Source: an uncultured Bdellovibrio sp. (GTDB taxonomy: Bacteria; Bdellovibrionota; Bdellovibrionia; Bdellovibrionales; Bdellovibrionaceae). From it: a stretch of 64,000 nt of DNA. A program made the translations under genes and the position numbers. The stretch lies in contig CAWVRN010000009.1 of assembly GCA_963932905.1 (NCBI GenBank), positions 62,775-126,774 of the forward strand. The letters are read 5' to 3'. Shown in pieces: positions 1-11,100 of the stretch (the stretch's first letter is position 1; each line of letters begins with the position of its first letter). The notes beneath the pieces were generated by a model that saw nothing but the letters and a program-made list of their open reading frames with translations, was not told where the DNA came from and did no database searches.

Positions 1-651
1 AAATTAAAACTGACTCGGGGATGTTTAGAAGTATTGAATCAGTTTAAAAACCCTGTAGCGATGATTACCAAGAACTCACTAGTCACTCGGGATATCGATA
101 TTCTTCAAGAGATGGCCGAATGGAACGGTTGTGTGGTGTTTCTTTCGATCACCACACTCGATACAGACCTTGCGCGCAGTTTAGAACCACGCACGTCGAC
201 TCCAGCGGCAAAGCTGGCAGCCATTGCCAAGCTCAGTGCGGCGGGGATTCCTACCGGCGTGAATGTGGCGCCTGTGATTCCGGGTTTGACGGACCAGGAA
301 GTGCCCTTGATTTTGAAAGCAGCGAACGAAGCGGGCGCGCAGATGGCGGGCTTTGGAATGCTGAGAATGCCGGGCGCTGTGTTGCCCGTTTTTCAAGAGT
401 GGGTGCAAATTCATCGTCCACTGCGCTATGAGAAAATTATGAATGCCGTTCGTGATATTCGTGATGGTGAATTGAACAGTTCAGAGTTTGGTGATCGCAT
501 GCGTGGTTCTGGGCCTCGGGCTGAACACATTCGCAATTTATTTAAGCTGACGACACGTAAATTAGGTTTAAATAAAATGGATATTGAACTTTGTTCAGCG
601 CATTTCAAACGTCCGCCTCAAATCGGCGATCAGCTGGCTTTTGATGTTTAA
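1..651 (+). CDS. Radical SAM protein, PA0069/Rv2578c (SplB-related) family, 5'-truncated by the window edge
   Basis: The frame is open from base 1 (KLKLTRGCLEVLNQFKNP...). It has the ITKN, SITTLD..LAR.LEPRT, APVIPGLTD and FGDRMRGSG motifs typical of the family C-terminal half. The CxxxCxxC motif would lie outside the window. Confidence 0.85.
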   Translation, partial: KLKLTRGCLEVLNQFKNPVAMITKNSLVTRDIDILQEMAEWNGCVVFLSITTLDTDLARSLEPRTSTPAAKLAAIAKLSAAGIPTGVNVAPVIPGLTDQEVPLILKAANEAGAQMAGFGMLRMPGAVLPVFQEWVQIHRPLRYEKIMNAVRDIRDGELNSSEFGDRMRGSGPRAEHIRNLFKLTTRKLGLNKMDIELCSAHFKRPPQIGDQLAFDV

Positions 652-655
652 TTTT

Positions 656-1345
656 TTAGTTAGTGAGCTCAACATGCGCCAATGAAACTGCTTTAGCCAT
701 CTTGCCACTATTGTCAATACCAAGCAGGGATCTGACCTCTGTGAGAGGCATTTCCATATAGCTTTCCAGGCGGATTCCAAACAAGGGCGGAATCGATTTA
801 CCAAGATGATAAAGCCTAAATAGGTCTTCAAAGTGTTGTGGAATGTCTAGCGGGTTATTTTGCGCCTCATGCAATAAGCCGCCGGATAGGATTATGGCTG
901 GAATCCCTGATTGTGTCTGGGCTAACGTGAACGCTTGAACTGCTAGTTCGGCTCTGTACGAGATATCCTCGTTAAGAAGGACATGATACATATCGTGCGT
1001 CTTATAGAGGCGCAGAATAAAATAGTCGATAGCTGATTGAATTTCAATTTCAGGATAAAAATTTAAGTCCAAGTTATGTTTTTGTAAAAATTCAAAATAC
1101 GTTCTACCAAAACTTCCACTTGGCATCTTGGAAAGTTCATCTGTTGAAAGTTGCGGAAAATATTTTTCTTCCCACATTTTCTTAAACGCATCGTTATTTA
1201 GATAGACCGATTGATAGTGATCAAAAAGTTCTTTTTTTTCAGGCATAGCGCGAATGGCATCTATGAATTTAAAGATTAACTCAGTACGTTTAGGGTTTTT
1301 TGCAAATTTTAAATAGTTAATTAGGAACCTTAGTTTGTTTATCAT
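656..1345 (-). CDS. Coq4 family (ubiquinone biosynthesis-like) protein
   Basis: MPSGSFGRTY, then the HDxxH-x11-E metal motif (THDMYHVL...AE). Confidence 0.8.
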   Translation of the reverse strand: MINKLRFLINYLKFAKNPKRTELIFKFIDAIRAMPEKKELFDHYQSVYLNNDAFKKMWEEKYFPQLSTDELSKMPSGSFGRTYFEFLQKHNLDLNFYPEIEIQSAIDYFILRLYKTHDMYHVLLNEDISYRAELAVQAFTLAQTQSGIPAIILSGGLLHEAQNNPLDIPQHFEDLFRLYHLGKSIPPLFGIRLESYMEMPLTEVRSLLGIDNSGKMAKAVSLAHVELTN

Positions 1346-1400
1346 GTGACCATTTTATCACGGGATCGGGAATTTCCTACTCGCGTTTGAACTTGATATT

Positions 1401-1453
1401 TCCCTTCCTAAATGTGAGTGGTTGTTATATAACTGCTCACATTTAGGAAGGGA
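1401..1453. promoter_or_regulatory. Perfect 18-bp inverted repeat, probable TetR operator, overlapping the TetR RBS
   Basis: tcccttcctaaatgtgag (1401-1418) and ctcacatttaggaaggga (1436-1453) lie between the divergent coq4 and tetR genes. Confidence 0.7.
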
Positions 1454-1459
1454 CTATCA

Positions 1460-2080
1460 ATGCCAATAAAAAACAAGAATTCAAGACGTTCACCGCTTCA
1501 AAATCGTTCGGTTCGACTCACTATGGATCTTATTGAAGGTGGATTTAAAGTTCTTGATCAATTCGGGTTGGAAAAATTCAGTACTAATAAAGTAGCTGAG
1601 GTTACAGGCGTTAGTATTGGATCAATTTATCAGTATTTTAGTAATAAAGAGGAGCTACTGTTAAGAATGATCGAGGTCACGACAACGGACATTCTGGTCG
1701 AAGTGACACAGAAAATGAATTCGCTAGAATTTGAGAACCCTCAAGATTTTGTAAATGTTTTTGTCTTCGACGTCTATTCATTATTTATGAAAAGAAAAAG
1801 TATCGGTCATATGCTTTTTCTATCAGGACGCAATGAAATCGGATTATTACTTATAAAAAAAAGTCGAGAAGAATTTATTTCTAAACTGATCGTTTACTAC
1901 AATGAACGTTTCCCAATTGAAAATGAAAGTGAAAAACAAAGTCGGAAGCAAACTTTAGAGGTTCTAGTGATTAGTTTTATGGGACTTGTCCAGGCGATTA
2001 TATTAGAGAAAAAAACAAAAAAAGAAGCTGACAGTTTGATGTTGAAATTCTCCCATTTAGCTCGGGCTGCAGTTTCATAA
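1460..2080 (+). CDS. TetR/AcrR family transcriptional regulator
   Basis: N-terminal HTH FSTNKVAEVTGVSIGSIYQYFSNKEELL. Confidence 0.92.
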   Translation: MPIKNKNSRRSPLQNRSVRLTMDLIEGGFKVLDQFGLEKFSTNKVAEVTGVSIGSIYQYFSNKEELLLRMIEVTTTDILVEVTQKMNSLEFENPQDFVNVFVFDVYSLFMKRKSIGHMLFLSGRNEIGLLLIKKSREEFISKLIVYYNERFPIENESEKQSRKQTLEVLVISFMGLVQAIILEKKTKKEADSLMLKFSHLARAAVS

Positions 2081-2145
2081 TTTAGGAAACTAATAATCTA
2101 GTTAAGTTATAAATAAGAAAATAGGTCTACAAGTGTTGGCATATT

Positions 2146-2169
2146 TTGATCGCAGAATTGAGCGATCAA
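2146..2169. terminator. Hairpin between convergent genes, possible terminator
   Basis: ttgatcgc-agaattga-gcgatcaa; no strong U-tract. Confidence 0.35.
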
Positions 2170-2291
2170 CTCTGAATAATTTATGACACCGAAGTCTATC
2201 CATGCAGCATGAGCGGTACCAAAGAACTCTGTGTCCGGTAGACTTCGCTCAAGTGTTTTTTTACGAGTCGCGTATTCACCTTTGTGATTCT

Positions 2292-3446
2292 CTATCTAAT
2301 TACCCGATTGATGGGGTCTAAACGACCGCTTTTAAAGTTGCCTAAGCTGACCGGCTTCGCACTGATTCGAAGGCTGGCCCCTTCAATACGCTGCAGTTTT
2401 AAATATGGACTCAACACAATTTCGTTCGTGTCCGGATTGAAAGAGTAATCGCGAGGGCGTTCTAAAATTTGCTCGTCGGCTGTTGATTCAGTGGATTGGC
2501 ACGTTCTAGCTTTCGAAAAACACACTTTCAAAGTTGTAATGTCAGGAGTGTAGTCTAATTGTCGCTTCTGAGCCGCCACACGCTGAACTAAGTTGTGACC
2601 AAATTCGGCTAAGTGGGAACCGAAATCCCGTGAACATAAATCCGCAAAGATACCTCCGGAAACTGACAGTAGTGAAGGGAAGGCCTGCACGGGACCTCGG
2701 CCATCTTTTGAGCAACTAGTGCTATTGTTGTCACGGTTAGGCAATGCAGCAGCGATCAATACTTTAGAGCGATCGCCACCTTTAAGATCTACCAATTGTT
2801 GATAAAAATCTTCAGCAGATAAACCCGGAGTCACATCGTCCGCATCTGTTAAGAAAATAACAGCAAGGTACGCGTCAGTTTGGTAGAAGCCCTTGTTTTT
2901 CTCTAAGTTCGTTTCTAGATCGGTCACCGCCAAAACGGGAGAGAATGATTCTTCGGCTTCTGGACCCCATTGAGTTCCGATCATCACCGTATTTTTCAAA
3001 ACCTCTTTAGGATTTGGTGTATCACGAGTGATAAATAACTGATCTGGGATTTCTTTACCGTCGGCACTTTTTAATTTTACTAATTCACCAAGTGGGTTCA
3101 TTTTTCTTACGCCCGACGGAATGTACTCCGTTTTATCATTTAGGTATTTTGAGTCATAAACTGGAACCACACCGATTCTGTAGTCAACGCGTGAGTTTTC
3201 AAAAAATGTTTCAGCAAATAATTGAATATTGGCTGCCATTTTTGCTTGATAACCCTTCATTGAGCCCGAGTTATCGACAACGAAAAGAATATTTACCTTT
3301 GGATCTGGTAAAACGGCTTCTTGTGTTACTTCTGCTGTGACTTCGCTGAATTTTTCTGGAGGCGCTTGGCGCTGAGGTGATTTGACGCCACACGCAGCCA
3401 TCAATACAGTCGTTGCTAAAGCGAGAGTTAAATTTTTAGTCATCAT
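2292..3446 (-). CDS. von Willebrand factor A domain lipoprotein, last gene of the Agl-Glt-type operon
   Basis: Lipobox LMAAC; MIDAS motif VVDNSGSM; IFLTDADD. Confidence 0.85.
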   Translation of the reverse strand: MMTKNLTLALATTVLMAACGVKSPQRQAPPEKFSEVTAEVTQEAVLPDPKVNILFVVDNSGSMKGYQAKMAANIQLFAETFFENSRVDYRIGVVPVYDSKYLNDKTEYIPSGVRKMNPLGELVKLKSADGKEIPDQLFITRDTPNPKEVLKNTVMIGTQWGPEAEESFSPVLAVTDLETNLEKNKGFYQTDAYLAVIFLTDADDVTPGLSAEDFYQQLVDLKGGDRSKVLIAAALPNRDNNSTSCSKDGRGPVQAFPSLLSVSGGIFADLCSRDFGSHLAEFGHNLVQRVAAQKRQLDYTPDITTLKVCFSKARTCQSTESTADEQILERPRDYSFNPDTNEIVLSPYLKLQRIEGASLRISAKPVSLGNFKSGRLDPINRVIR

Positions 3447-4282
3447 AGAGAGGCCCCTTTGTACGGACAGTTGTCAGTTTTCACTTCAAAATGTCCAACT
3501 TCATCCACCCAAACTTCGTCATCATTTACCGGGAACGTCATGCTTTTATTTGTGTCAATGCCAGAAAATTTTAATTTCTTGTTCTTACCGGCGTGATCTT
3601 TGTCCATCGTTAAAACGTTCTGGATTAATTCCACATCGATAATTTTCATTTTTTTCAAGTTCGTTTCAATTTCAGCTAGGTCTTGTTTCGCTAAAACTTT
3701 CAATCGAGCGTGCGCTTTTTCTCGCGCCCCTTTTTTAACTAGCGATTCTAGTTGAAGATCGCGATAGAAATAACGAGGGTATTTTTCTGCTTGTTGGCCA
3801 AGACTGCTCATAGTAATTATCGATTTCTTCATTTTTGATAATGTCGTCCAGGTCTCTTCGGACATAGACGGTTGATCGATCATGGATTGCAAAGCCTCTA
3901 CACGTGGAAGCATGCGTTTTTTGAAGATTTCGATTTTTTTAGTGACATCTTTGTACGCGCAGATTTTTAGCGATACGAACGTAGACAACATATACGTTTC
4001 GGGACCCACTTGTGGTGCCCAAACCGGTGATGTGATCGATTGCAAATCAGCTAATGATTCTTCAAATTTACCTTGGCGAGTGTGCGCCCATGCGCGTTCT
4101 TCCAAAGCCTCTAACCAAAAGTCTGAACTAGGTTGGATTTTTGAATAAATCTCTACAGCTGCGTCTAGCTTGCCTTTTTCATAAAGCGCGCGCGCTTTAT
4201 TCATTTTATCTTTATCACTACCCGCAGCAAAAGCTGTAGATAGGGATAAAGTTAGTAATAAGTTGGCGACTGTTTTTACCAT
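3443..4282 (-). CDS. Secreted TPR protein (GltC-like position in the operon)
   Basis: Signal peptide and TPR helices. The C-terminal WVDEVGHFEV...NC resembles the Glt TPR protein terminus. Confidence 0.7.
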   Translation of the reverse strand: MVKTVANLLLTLSLSTAFAAGSDKDKMNKARALYEKGKLDAAVEIYSKIQPSSDFWLEALEERAWAHTRQGKFEESLADLQSITSPVWAPQVGPETYMLSTFVSLKICAYKDVTKKIEIFKKRMLPRVEALQSMIDQPSMSEETWTTLSKMKKSIITMSSLGQQAEKYPRYFYRDLQLESLVKKGAREKAHARLKVLAKQDLAEIETNLKKMKIIDVELIQNVLTMDKDHAGKNKKLKFSGIDTNKSMTFPVNDDEVWVDEVGHFEVKTDNCPYKGASL

Positions 4283-5013
4283 ACAAGAATTCCGAGGCTG
4301 GCAACCACTTGTAGGTTGTTTTGTTTACGGTGATCCGTCAGTAATAAATCTTCGTACTGTTGGTAGCGAGCTTCTAAACGAGTCGTTAATCGTTGAGTTA
4401 ACCAAACCCCTGAACCTACACCAACTGAAGTTACATCTGTTGATCCTGTAAATAAATTAATTTTTCCGTAACCTAACTGAATGTACATATCAAACTGAGC
4501 GATTCCTGTGTCGAAAAGATTCATCTTTCCATAAATAGGGTAGTAGCTGATCGTCGCTAGTTGCGTATCTAACGTGTAATCAATCGCTGGGTATTTTTTA
4601 GTGCTACCTGGATTAATTTTTTGATCAGCTAGTGCTGCGTCCAATTGGTTTTCACCTTCAGGTGATAACGTATTGTATGATTTTTGGTATTGAACACCTA
4701 ACGACCAACGTGGGTTGATATGATATTCAAGGCGAGCGCCTACGTTTTGTGTTTTTACGTAGCTGTCACCACCACCATTGTAGGCGTAGTTACCCGCAAG
4801 TTCGATGCGATTGTTACGATCTACCAGACGATTTTGTACGACTCTTACTTTTTGGTTTGTATCCATGTTCTTAACACGTTCCACCACATCACGGTTGTCA
4901 CCGAGTGTACTGAATTCACTTTTTAGGTCTTTCTTTGTGCCACCTTGAGCCATTGCAAACGTTGGTACCAGCATCGAGATAACTAGAGTCGAAGTTAGAA
5001 TTAAGTTTCTCAT
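4276..5013 (-). CDS. Outer membrane beta-barrel protein (GltA/GltH-like)
   Basis: Signal peptide; VRVVQNR and YYPIYGKMNLF motifs; alternating beta strands; C-terminal aromatic W. Confidence 0.8.
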   Translation of the reverse strand: MRNLILTSTLVISMLVPTFAMAQGGTKKDLKSEFSTLGDNRDVVERVKNMDTNQKVRVVQNRLVDRNNRIELAGNYAYNGGGDSYVKTQNVGARLEYHINPRWSLGVQYQKSYNTLSPEGENQLDAALADQKINPGSTKKYPAIDYTLDTQLATISYYPIYGKMNLFDTGIAQFDMYIQLGYGKINLFTGSTDVTSVGVGSGVWLTQRLTTRLEARYQQYEDLLLTDHRKQNNLQVVASLGILVW

Positions 5014-6464
5014 TATTGCGCTCCTGTTTCAGTGGCTTGTTGAGCCGTTACTGGTGTTGGTTTCGCAGGGATCTTAGATTTCGGAGTTTCCACCTTTGCC
5101 GCGGGCACTTCTGCTTTCACCGCCGGTTTAGCTGGTGTTTTAGCTACTGGAGCTGGGCAGTTCTCTTCAGAAGGAATGACCGTGAATTCTTTAACGAAAG
5201 TTTCAGATTTTGATTTCTTACCTGTCACAGAATCGATTTTTAAGCTTAATTTCTTAGTCAACGGCGCTTTCACACACGTCGGAGCCCAAGTTAATTCACA
5301 ATTTTGAAGTGACAAATTAGTCGCGCTTTCTGGCGAGCAGATCAAATCTTTTTTACCTGTTAAACCAGAAATTTGTTGTGCCATATTTTTGATGCTGACT
5401 TGGCCTAAACCATTTCCAGCAACGGCTTTAAATTTAATAACAGTCGGTGCGCCCGCTTTGATTTCTTTAAGCGCGTCGTTTTCCCATTGGATTAATGGTA
5501 ACTGAGCCGCGTAACGACCTTTGAAGCACACTTGTTCTTTGATCGATTTAGTTCCTATCACGCTATCGACCATAATATGGAAACATACGTCCACAGCAGG
5601 TGACAGTGGATTTTCGATACCACGACGATCGCGATCTAATGGAAGCTCATCGACTTTCAGGATGTAGAAAAATCTCCAAGCTGTTTTTGAAGTTCCGATA
5701 CGTGCTGGATTAGCCGTTTTGCTGTAATCAAGTGTCACATAACGAGCGCCATCAACGCGGAAGGCTTCCGTGTTTGAATAAATATAAGAAGAGATGCGGA
5801 TCTCTGGAATGTTGGGACTATTAGCAGATGCTTTATCTTCGATATCTACAGTGAATGGAATTGATTGACCTTCATCGATACCATTTTCCAATTTTGTTTT
5901 GCCAATGATTGTTGGAATACTGTTGTCTTTAACAACCGTGACAGTGATTACGTCTTCTCGAGTCATGCCTTTTAAATTGAGATCAGTTGCCGCAGTCGAC
6001 GTTGTTCTTAATTTCAATTTAAATGATTCCGACGTCTTTCCGTTTGGAATTACTCCCAATGGCGGTGTCCACTTTAGTCCATGAACATTTAGTAGTGTTG
6101 TCGGAATGATTGTTGGGCGTGAGCTAATTGGAAAATCAGCTATTTCCATTTTAAACTCAGTTATTTTTTGAGATTTGGCAGTCATTTTAAAATAAAGAAC
6201 GCCTTCTTTGCCTTCAAGAAAGTTAGCGTTATTCACTTCATTGGTTCCTTGAAGTTTTAGATCTGCAAATTCGTTTCCTACCGGAACTGTTGCCGAAGTA
6301 AAAACTTCGGGAACAAATTTTTGTGATTCTGACTGTTCTGTCGTCGGCATACCTGTTTTTAACTCAGAGTATTTTTCCATCGGATCAGAAGATTGACCCA
6401 TGCACGACGTCAGTAGGGTACCCGCTGATATAATCAATAATGATTTGATAAGTTTAGTTTTCAT
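5013..6464 (-). CDS. Hypothetical beta-rich lipoprotein with Pro/Ala/Lys-rich tail
   Basis: Lipobox LLTSC; repeated WTP/WAP Ig/cadherin-like segments. Start set to the ATG after aagggg. Confidence 0.7.
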   Translation of the reverse strand: MKTKLIKSLLIISAGTLLTSCMGQSSDPMEKYSELKTGMPTTEQSESQKFVPEVFTSATVPVGNEFADLKLQGTNEVNNANFLEGKEGVLYFKMTAKSQKITEFKMEIADFPISSRPTIIPTTLLNVHGLKWTPPLGVIPNGKTSESFKLKLRTTSTAATDLNLKGMTREDVITVTVVKDNSIPTIIGKTKLENGIDEGQSIPFTVDIEDKASANSPNIPEIRISSYIYSNTEAFRVDGARYVTLDYSKTANPARIGTSKTAWRFFYILKVDELPLDRDRRGIENPLSPAVDVCFHIMVDSVIGTKSIKEQVCFKGRYAAQLPLIQWENDALKEIKAGAPTVIKFKAVAGNGLGQVSIKNMAQQISGLTGKKDLICSPESATNLSLQNCELTWAPTCVKAPLTKKLSLKIDSVTGKKSKSETFVKEFTVIPSEENCPAPVAKTPAKPAVKAEVPAAKVETPKSKIPAKPTPVTAQQATETGAQ

Positions 6465-6479
6465 ACGTAGCACCCCTTA

Positions 6480-7730
6480 TTAAGAATCCGTTACACGTCG
6501 TAATGCGAAAGGATAGTTAACCTTTACGTTCACGCCGCCATGTGGTTGAGGAAATTTCCAAGTTTTCAAGCGATCACGAATACAGTTTTCAACTGGCGCG
6601 TGACCAAGACTTGAATTATTGATTTTTGCTGTCGAAACACTGCCTGATGGACCAATGATGAAATTCATAGATACACGACCAGACAAATTAGGTTTCTTTT
6701 GTAGACCTTGCTCGTAGCAAAATCTAACTTCACTTAAATGACGGTTGATAACAGCTGCGATCGCATTGCGATCAAGGCCACCTTCAGTCCAAGCTTCACT
6801 TTCAATCGGTTCAAAGAATGAATTTCCAGAACCACCAGCACCAACTAAAGTTACTTTGCCGTAACCTGCGCGACCGCCGCCTTTGCCTTTAGTTCCGTAG
6901 CCACCGCCACCGCTAGCACGGTTGCCAGAACCTAGGGGAGCTGCGAACATTCCTTTAGAGTAAATCGAAGTTTGAACGCCGCCGCTACCAGCAGAACCAC
7001 CACGACCAATACCAGCCGTTGTTTGCGCTTGGTTTACTTGCAAGCCACCTTTTTGGTTAGACTTCTGCATGCTGCCTAAAATCCCTAGTGCGCCCATTTG
7101 AGCCACGTTAGGAGCTTTTTTAGCTACAGCTACGTTTGTGTTTTTACGACGTGTGATTTGTGCCGTAGGTTTTTTCTCTTGTTTCTTAGGTTTAATAATC
7201 TTTGCGATTTTTTGTTTAGGCATTTGTTTTTCAACGGGAGCGACAACTACTGGTGGTTTTTCGATTTGTTTACGATCTAAAACCTGGACGATTTCTAACT
7301 CTTCTTTCGGTGGAGTTGTGCTCGACGCAAAATAGCTGATACCTAACAAAAACAAAGCTACGAAAACAGCGGCAGCGGCTGTCTTTTTCAAGATAACTAC
7401 GAATTCTTTTGTGTCGTCTTCAGTTAGTTCAACGTTTTGCTGAACTTCTTCCGTTTCAGCCACTAGACTTAGTTCGCCAGTGATCGAACGAATAGGGTAG
7501 CGTTTTTTTAAATTAAAAAACTTTTTATCTACTGATTCTAGAACCGTGAATTCGACACCTGCTTTTTTCAAAGCTTGTAAATCACTGCACACTTCCATGC
7601 GGCGAGTGTCGTGACGTAGGATAAAGTTTAATTCATTTGTTTGCCATTCAACGGCACGAACGGTTTGACCCTGTTCGTTTTCAAGAAAGTAGATCTCTTT
7701 TTGTGAGTCTCTTTGTGTTGAAGAAGCCAT
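6480..7730 (-). CDS. AgmX/PglI (GltG/GltJ-like) TonB C-terminal domain membrane protein
   Basis: One TM helix, a Gly-rich linker, then GGLDRNAIAAVI...FCYEQGL...P.LSGRV...WKFPQPHGG.V.VNYPF. Confidence 0.88.
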   Translation of the reverse strand: MASSTQRDSQKEIYFLENEQGQTVRAVEWQTNELNFILRHDTRRMEVCSDLQALKKAGVEFTVLESVDKKFFNLKKRYPIRSITGELSLVAETEEVQQNVELTEDDTKEFVVILKKTAAAAVFVALFLLGISYFASSTTPPKEELEIVQVLDRKQIEKPPVVVAPVEKQMPKQKIAKIIKPKKQEKKPTAQITRRKNTNVAVAKKAPNVAQMGALGILGSMQKSNQKGGLQVNQAQTTAGIGRGGSAGSGGVQTSIYSKGMFAAPLGSGNRASGGGGYGTKGKGGGRAGYGKVTLVGAGGSGNSFFEPIESEAWTEGGLDRNAIAAVINRHLSEVRFCYEQGLQKKPNLSGRVSMNFIIGPSGSVSTAKINNSSLGHAPVENCIRDRLKTWKFPQPHGGVNVKVNYPFALRRVTDS

Positions 7731-7732
7731 AG

Positions 7733-8104
7733 TTACCTCATCCCTTTAGTACGCGCTACGCGATCTTGAAAGTTTTTGCGTACACCAATTAAATCATCGA
7801 TTGATTTTTCATTTTCTACGACTGACAAAGCTTCCATTGGTAATTGATATTTACCGCCGACAGCTTGATCACCAAAGCGAACATCGGTTGATAATCCTGA
7901 CTTGCTTGGTTGTTGCTGAGGCTGAGCTGGCGTTGCCGCCGTTTTATCCGTCGAGTTCACCTTTGCAGCGTCTGTTTTTGACATATTCTTTTTGGACAAA
8001 AAACTTGTCGTTGGCTTAACTGCCGCTTTCTTATTCTTTGTTGATGTAGATGCCGAAACAGTTCCCACTGCTAGTAATGAAACTAGAACGATAAGTGTTT
8101 TCAA
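7733..8104 (-). CDS. CglF/GltF-like small secreted gliding protein
   Basis: Signal peptide; C-terminal DVRFGDQAVGG...DLIGVRKNFQDRV resembles CglF; position between the TPR and AgmX genes. Confidence 0.6.
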   Translation of the reverse strand: MKTLIVLVSLLAVGTVSASTSTKNKKAAVKPTTSFLSKKNMSKTDAAKVNSTDKTAATPAQPQQQPSKSGLSTDVRFGDQAVGGKYQLPMEALSVVENEKSIDDLIGVRKNFQDRVARTKGMR

Positions 8105-11100
8105 TTTCTACCTCCCCGCGAGTTTAGTCGTGATTCTAAGTAAGCAACCATTGGGCCGCGTCCTAGAGCCTTTTGAAGTGATTTCAATTTCTCTATGTCA
8201 TTGAAATTAAAAGGATCTTCCACAATGCTCTTTTGCAGTTGATTGGCCTCGTTCGCCACTTTGTGTCGCTCACGAGTAAAGTTTATAAATGGATTCTCTT
8301 TCTGACCGCTTTGTTCAGCGGCTTTCTTTAATTTTTCAATTTCAGCCGATGCTAAACGCGAACCTGGCTTAGATGATTCTTCTGCTAAATCGAATAGATC
8401 TTTGAATACGGCTTGTTTAGTCGCCACATCCCACATCTCAGCCACTTTTTCTTTAACAGTGATGGCTTGGGTGATGTACGGCTTAACTTGAAGCTGAACT
8501 TGTTCTTGATAGAATTTCTTTTGAGCCGCATCTAACTGCTTAGGTGCTGGCAACGCTAGGATGTCTTGAACTAGCTTAGAATTCTCGTGGTACACTTGAG
8601 CTAACATAATTAACTGCAATGAAGTATCTTTAGCTTTGATGGCCGCCTGTGAACGTTTCTCTAACTGTTTGATTAGCTTGATACGTTCAACCAAGTTCTT
8701 TTGAATTACACGGTCAGATCGTCCTGAAAGGGGAGTTGAAGCCAGTTTCTTTTGCAATTGTTCAAAAGATTTAATTTCCATTGAACGAGCTAGAATTTGA
8801 GATTCAAATGTATCTTTCGACGATTTGTTCGCAAGGACAGTGCGGGCGATACCCATGTCCGCTGATTTTTCGTATGTGATCACACCAGCCGCCGCAAACA
8901 ATTGCGGATTGCCTTTTAAAACACGACTGTATTTAGAGAACAATTTTTTAGGCTCGCTGCTGAAATGAATCAACTGGTAAGCCGCGTACTGATTTTTTTC
9001 TTGGTCTTTTGAAACCGTCATAAATTTCAAATACTCTGGCGTTGGATCTTGGTGAGCCAATTCCATTAACAATGCAATTTTGAAATGGTGTTCGCCGATT
9101 TGAGATTTCTTAGGAGTAACTTGTTTTAACAACCGTAATGCACCTTGGAAATCCATACGCATTTCAGCGACCCAAGCGGCTTGATCCAGCGCCCAGTTTT
9201 TCTCATCCAGAGATAAACCGTCTAATCCTAAGTATTGTTCAGATGATTTAGCTACCATGTCTAAGTTTTTCAAACGTAGTGCGATCGCTAATTTGTTTTT
9301 AATCAATGTGCGTTTTTCACCAGCCGGCCAGCTAGAGTACGCCACTTTATCTAACTTAGTTAGTTGTGATGTTAACTGTTCTTTAGTTGAAACTGTGCTG
9401 TTGATGATCTTAGCGGCTTGGTTAAGGATCGATTTTCTCCATAGACCTAAGAAGTAAGCCGCACGTGGTTTAAACGTTTGAGAGAAAAGTAGAGAATCTT
9501 CTTCGATCTGTGCTTCGTTTTTCAAGATCACAGATGAATCTAAGCAAAGCTCTGATGATTTCTCGCGAATGCTTGCCGGGGCTTTAGCATCTACCGCTAG
9601 TTCACGGAAAAGATCAGCCGCTTGTACGTAATCTTCATTTTCATAAAAGATATGACCAATTTGGTATTTGATTTCATCGCGTTTTGGACCTTTAGGATTT
9701 AACTCCAGGTACAAACGGAATGATGATAACTGCATCGACGCATCTTCAGATAACTCAGCGGCTTCAATGGCGCCTAATAAAGATCCCTCGAACATACGAG
9801 CAAAGCGAGCTTCCGAGCGATCCATTTTTGCAAATAGATGTCCCGCTTTGCTGAATGCAGTGAACGCTTCTTGGTACATTTTGCGTTTTAATGAGGAATG
9901 TCCTGTCCAGTAGCTCATTTCAGCGTCATCAAATGCAGCTGTGTATTTGCCGAACCCAATAATTAACTCGGTGGTGGGTGCCCGCTCTTCGGCTTTACCC
10001 CAGTCAGTTAGAATTTTCTTAAGTCCTTGCTGACCTAAGGTACACTCATCGCCCGCTTTTTTACAGGCAGGACCTTTCAGTAACGCAATCGAGCGATCGA
10101 TTTCAGTCAAAAGCTTAGCTTTGTGACCAAGATCGTACTGAATACGAGTGATTTGAATTTGACCCTCTAGCTGACTAGCAAAATCTACTTCTTGTTTACC
10201 GATGATGGCCCATACTAACAGAGCGCTTTCTTTTTTAGCTGTGCGATCTAATTCAGTCGCTAAGTAAACTAAGTTTTTCTGACGAGCTGAATCTGGGCTT
10301 AGTGTCACAAGAGTCTGTACATCTGATTCAACGATATTGTTTCTAGCCATGAATGTCGCTAGATCGCGAGATACTTCTTCTTGGAAGCTGGTGTCGACAA
10401 CCATGGTTTTATCTGTTTTTGATTTCTTCAAAAACAGAGATTTGTTTTTTAATAAAGTAATAAGCTGTACTTGAGCTTCTTTAGTTTTGCCTAAGTTGTA
10501 TTGGCACCAAGCATCGCGATATAGCGCGTAGCCTTTAGATGGATTCTCTTTAATTTTTAAAGAGTCGCGAAATAGTTTTGAGGACTTATCAAATTCGCCT
10601 TTGTAAAACAGTATGTCGGCCCATTGGATTTGAGCCACAGCCACTGTTTCTTTTTTATTTTGAGCGGCATTTTTAACGATGCCCGCGTAAATTTTTACGG
10701 CGTCATCTTGGTTTTGCATTAATAAATGCAAATGCGCCGTTTGTAAAAGAACACGGCCTTTTTCTTGAGATTTTAATGATGGCAGAACTTGTGTGTAGAT
10801 TTTTACGGCTTTTGTTCTGTCCGTTGCTATTTGATCTTTATAAAGCTGATCGCCTTTGCCTTCTTTTTCTAAAGACCATAAGCGAGCACGCTCAGAATAC
10901 AAGTCCGCTAAACGTAATGCTAGCTGAGACTGCTTGTACATAGTGTCGTTATCGCGAATTGATAAAATCGACTCTAGTTTTTGGATTAATGAATCATGTG
11001 TCGAAAGATCCAGCTTCTCTGCTGCATTTACTAAAGGAGCGATAACTAAATGAGAGGCTAGTAGCGATGTGATCGCTACGAATCTCATTGTGTTGATAAA

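Noticed and set aside
2190..2247. 9-bp inverted repeat cgaagtcta/tagacttcg between convergent genes
   Set aside because: The stem is short with a 40-nt loop, and no second copy was seen in the window; insufficient evidence for an element.
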